DNA of 64,000 nucleotides from a bacterium (GTDB lineage Bacteria; Planctomycetota; JAFGQW01): NCBI GenBank assembly GCA_030426805.1, contig JAUHXU010000004.1, positions 46,792 to 110,791 of the forward strand, read 5' to 3'. Shown piece by piece: positions 61,237 to 64,000 of this stretch (position 1 is its first letter; each line of letters starts with the position of its first letter). The notes under the pieces were generated by a model. It saw only the letters and a program-made list of their open reading frames with translations, ran no database searches and was not told where the DNA came from. The position numbers and the translations under genes were made by a program.

Positions 61237-64000
61237 CGGACGTCTCCGGTCTCGGGGAGGAGCGGGGTCTGCCAGCGGGCGCGCAGTGCGTCGAGCGACG
61301 CGTCGAGCACCGTCGAGCCGCCGTGCGTCGCGACGAGTCGATCGCCGTCGGTCGTGTCGCCGATGCGGGCGCACGGAACACCCGCCTCGCGCCACAGCGC
61401 CTCGAACGCGTCGACGGCGTCGGGTGCGACCTCGAACGCGATGCGCGTCGGGGTCTCGGCGAACAGCACCTCGTGCGCGGCGAGCGCGCCGTCGGTCGGG
61501 ACGGCGTCGAGGTCGAGCGTGACGCCGACGCTGCCGGTGAACGCCATCTCGGCGATCGCGACCGCAAGGCCGCCTTCGCTCAGGTCGTGCGCCGTGCGGA
61601 CCAGGCCGTGCTCGACGGCTGTGGCCGCGGTCGCCAGCGCGCGCGGCGCGGTCGCGAGGTCGACGGTCGGGATCGCGCCGCCGGCGGGCCGGTCGCGGCC
61701 GCCGAGGAGCAGGTGCAAGTGCGACGCGCCGAGTTCCGCGCGCGTGACGCCCGCGACGTAGAGCGCGTTGCCGGCCGCCTTCAGGTCGATCGTCGCCGGA
61801 CGGGCGACGTCGTCGATCACGCCCATCGCCGAGATCAGCAGCGTGTGCGGGATCGAGATCGTCTCGCCGTCGTGAGCGAACTCGTTGTTCAGGCTGTCCT
61901 TGCCCGACACGAACGGCGCGCGGTAGGCGAGGGCCGCGTCGTAGCAGCCCTTCGACGCGAGCACGAGCGCGCCGAGCATCTCGGGGCGCCGCGGGTTGCC
62001 CCACGAGAAGTTGTCGAGGAGCGCCGCGCGCGCCGGCGGGCAGCCGACGACCGCGAGGTTGCGCAGCGCCTCGTCGACCGCGTTGATCGCCATGTGGTAG
62101 GGGTCGAGGTCTCCCTGGTGCGGGTTCATCCCGCACGCGACCGCGACGCCCTTGTCGCTGTCGGCGAGCGGCTTGACGACGATCGCGTCGCCCGGGCCGT
62201 CGCAGCGCGGACCCTGCAGCGGCTTGACGACGGTGCCGGCCTGCACCTCGTGGTCGTATTGCCGGATCACCCACTCCTTCGACGCGACGTTCGGCATCGC
62301 GAGGATGTCGCCGAGCGTGTCGGACCAGTCGACGCGCTCGGGGATCGGCGGCGCTTCGACGGTCGGGGCCTGCCACGTCGCGGTGCGCGTCGTCTTCGGC
62401 AGCCCGTCGTGGAGGAAGGCCATCGGCAGGTCGCAGTGGACCTCGTCCCGGAACGTGATGCGCAGCCGCGCGTCGTCGGTGAATCGCCCGAGATCGGCGA
62501 CCTCGACGCCCTCGAGCGCCATCACCTCGGTCAGGCGTGCGACGTGCTGCTCCGGCACCGCGAGGATCATCCGCTCCTGCGCCTCGCTGAGCCAGATCTC
62601 GGCCGGGCTCAGCCCCGCGTATTTGAGCGGCGCGGTGGACAGCTCGACGTCTGCGCCGGTCTCCTCGCCCATCTCGCCGACCGCCGACGAAAAGCCGCCG
62701 GCGCCGCAGTCCGTCACCGCGTTGTAGAGGCCTTCGTCGCGCGCGCGCAGGAGCCCCTCCATCACGCGCTTCTCCATGATCGGGTTGCCGATCTGGACGC
62801 TCGTCGCGTCGACGACCTCGGACTCGCTCGTCAGTTCGGCGCTGGAAAACGTCGCGCCGCCGATGCCGTCGCGGCCGGTCCGCCCGCCGATCGCGATGAT
62901 CCGGTCGCCCGGTTGCGCGGCCTTGTCGATCTTGTCGCGCGGGATGATGCCGAGGCAGCCGGCGTAGACGACCGGGTTGCCGACGTAGCGATCGTCGAAG
63001 TAGAGCGCGCCCGACGGCGTCGGGATGCCCATCCGGTTGCCGTAGTCGCGGACGCCCGACACGACGCCGCGCATGATCGTCGCCGGGTGCAGCGTCCCGC
63101 GCGGCAGCGTGTCCGGGTCGCGATCGGTGTGCGCGAAGCAGAAGACGTCGGTGTTCAGGATCGGCTTCGCACCCAGGCCGGTGCCGAGGATGTCGCGGAT
63201 CACGCCGCCGATCCCGGTGCCCGCGCCGCCGTACGGCTCGATCGCCGACGGGTGGTTGTGGGTCTCGACCTTGAACGCGATCCCGTGGTGCTCGTCGAAC
63301 GCGATCACGCCGGCGTTGTCGGCGAAGACGCTCAGGCAGTCGTCGCGCGCGAGGGTCTCGGTCGCCTTGAACACCGTCTGCTGCAGGAGTCCGTCGATGA
63401 TCTCCCCGTCGAATTCGATCCGGCTGCGCAGCGTCTTGTGCTTGCAGTGCTCCGACCAGGTCTGCGCGAGCGTCAGCAGTTCGACGTCGGTCGGGTCGCG
63501 GTCGGCCTCGCGGTAGAACGCCTGGATCGCCTGCATCTCCTCGAGGCTGAGGCTCAGCTTGTGCTCGCGCTCGACCGCAGCGAGCGCGTCGTCGTCGAGG
63601 TCGCGCAGCGGGACGTCGATCCGGGCGAACGCCCGGGCACCGGCCGGGGCGTGGGGGGACGGCGCGGCGGCCCCGACGTGGATCTCCTCGATGACGGGGT
63701 TCGCGAGCCGCTTCTCGATCAGCCCGCGAAGCGTGTCGGCGGTCCAGCCGCCACGGCCGAAGAGCAGGAGTTTGCGGCCGCTCACGACGTCGATGCCGTC
63801 GAGGCCCCGCCTCCGGAGCGCGCCGCGGGCGCTCTCGGCAACCGGGTCCGTCACGCCGCGGCGCGGGCGGATCCAGACGACTTCGGCGGGCGCGCCCTCG
63901 TCGAATACGAGCGGCTCGTCGATCGACAGCCGCTCGACGACCGGGTCGGCGAACAGCGATCGGATCGCGGCGTCGAGGTCGGGCGCCTCGAGCGCGCCGT
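61233..64000 (-). CDS. purL: PurS-domain::PurL fusion (phosphoribosylformylglycinamidine synthase), 5' end beyond window
   Basis: PurL core TLAQTWSEHCKHKT and both AIRS-type domains. The N-terminal ~90 aa matches PurS (VVWIRPRRGVTDPVAE...LIEKRLANPVIEEIHV vs B. subtilis PurS ...VLDPQG...EKLLANTVIEDYRY). The reading frame stays open from 63854 to 64000 with no in-frame start other than the GTG at 63852. Confidence 0.8.
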   Translation of the reverse strand, partial: GALEAPDLDAAIRSLFADPVVERLSIDEPLVFDEGAPAEVVWIRPRRGVTDPVAESARGALRRRGLDGIDVVSGRKLLLFGRGGWTADTLRGLIEKRLANPVIEEIHVGAAAPSPHAPAGARAFARIDVPLRDLDDDALAAVEREHKLSLSLEEMQAIQAFYREADRDPTDVELLTLAQTWSEHCKHKTLRSRIEFDGEIIDGLLQQTVFKATETLARDDCLSVFADNAGVIAFDEHHGIAFKVETHNHPSAIEPYGGAGTGIGGVIRDILGTGLGAKPILNTDVFCFAHTDRDPDTLPRGTLHPATIMRGVVSGVRDYGNRMGIPTPSGALYFDDRYVGNPVVYAGCLGIIPRDKIDKAAQPGDRIIAIGGRTGRDGIGGATFSSAELTSESEVVDATSVQIGNPIMEKRVMEGLLRARDEGLYNAVTDCGAGGFSSAVGEMGEETGADVELSTAPLKYAGLSPAEIWLSEAQERMILAVPEQHVARLTEVMALEGVEVADLGRFTDDARLRITFRDEVHCDLPMAFLHDGLPKTTRTATWQAPTVEAPPIPERVDWSDTLGDILAMPNVASKEWVIRQYDHEVQAGTVVKPLQGPRCDGPGDAIVVKPLADSDKGVAVACGMNPHQGDLDPYHMAINAVDEALRNLAVVGCPPARAALLDNFSWGNPRRPEMLGALVLASKGCYDAALAYRAPFVSGKDSLNNEFAHDGETISIPHTLLISAMGVIDDVARPATIDLKAAGNALYVAGVTRAELGASHLHLLLGGRDRPAGGAIPTVDLATAPRALATAATAVEHGLVRTAHDLSEGGLAVAIAEMAFTGSVGVTLDLDAVPTDGALAAHEVLFAETPTRIAFEVAPDAVDAFEALWREAGVPCARIGDTTDGDRLVATHGGSTVLDASLDALRARWQTPLLPETGDVR

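Noticed and set aside
1-64000. CRISPR arrays, IS elements, prophage or defence-system genes
   Set aside because: No direct-repeat/spacer architecture, transposase, integrase, or recognisable restriction, toxin or abortive-infection modules were seen. The only repeats are the coding 33-nt hendecad repeats.

Overview
This is a ~70% GC window from a Gram-negative-type chromosome; outer-membrane-type lipoproteins, ExbD, a GspG-like pseudopilin and BatA are present. Coding density is high, with no CRISPR array and no recognisable IS or phage genes. Because of the GC content, most long ORFs in the six-frame track are antisense artefacts; I kept only frames with recognisable family motifs or sensible signal-peptide/TM architecture, about 52 CDS and 2 tRNAs.

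Gene order:
- 1..6753: a regulatory cluster: MazG C-terminus, PP2C phosphatase, HD hydrolase, two tandem bEBP (sigma-54 activator) paralogs, and convergent flgM and fliA genes.
- 6763..11883: a secreted protein and a DUF58/BatA-type membrane module.
- 11971..14978: guaB and guaA.
- 15038..17095: a CotH-like protein with EF-hand motifs.
- 17102..20154: a bioF-like gene overlapping a fusion of class-A beta-lactamase fold, PG-binding domain and S11 DD-carboxypeptidase.
- 20173..35467: a ~15 kb amino-sugar/cell-wall salvage island, the most interesting part of the window. It holds NagB, a GH10-like lipoprotein, two Amidase_3 proteins, an HGSNAT-like DUF1624 transmembrane acetyltransferase, a NAGPA-like phosphodiester glycosidase, a GlcNAc kinase, a GH3-NagZ::beta-lactamase-like fusion, and a single-ORF fusion of a Na+/solute symporter with NamZ (DUF1343 exo-MurNAcase).
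- 35531..64000: housekeeping and envelope genes: lysA, rsmG, a divergent GT-C glycosyltransferase and sulfatase-domain membrane-protein pair, yigZ, psd, orphan exbD, an 11-residue-repeat protein coupled to a DUF4105 (Lnb-like) protein, gatCAB, comFC plus a GspG-like pseudopilin, a DUF368 protein, recJ, tRNA-Glu(CUC), tRNA-Gln(CUG), a Wzz-like protein, an FGE-like lipoprotein, purQ, and a PurS-domain::PurL fusion whose frame stays open to the window edge.

GTGA/ATGA start-stop overlaps recur throughout, indicating translational coupling.
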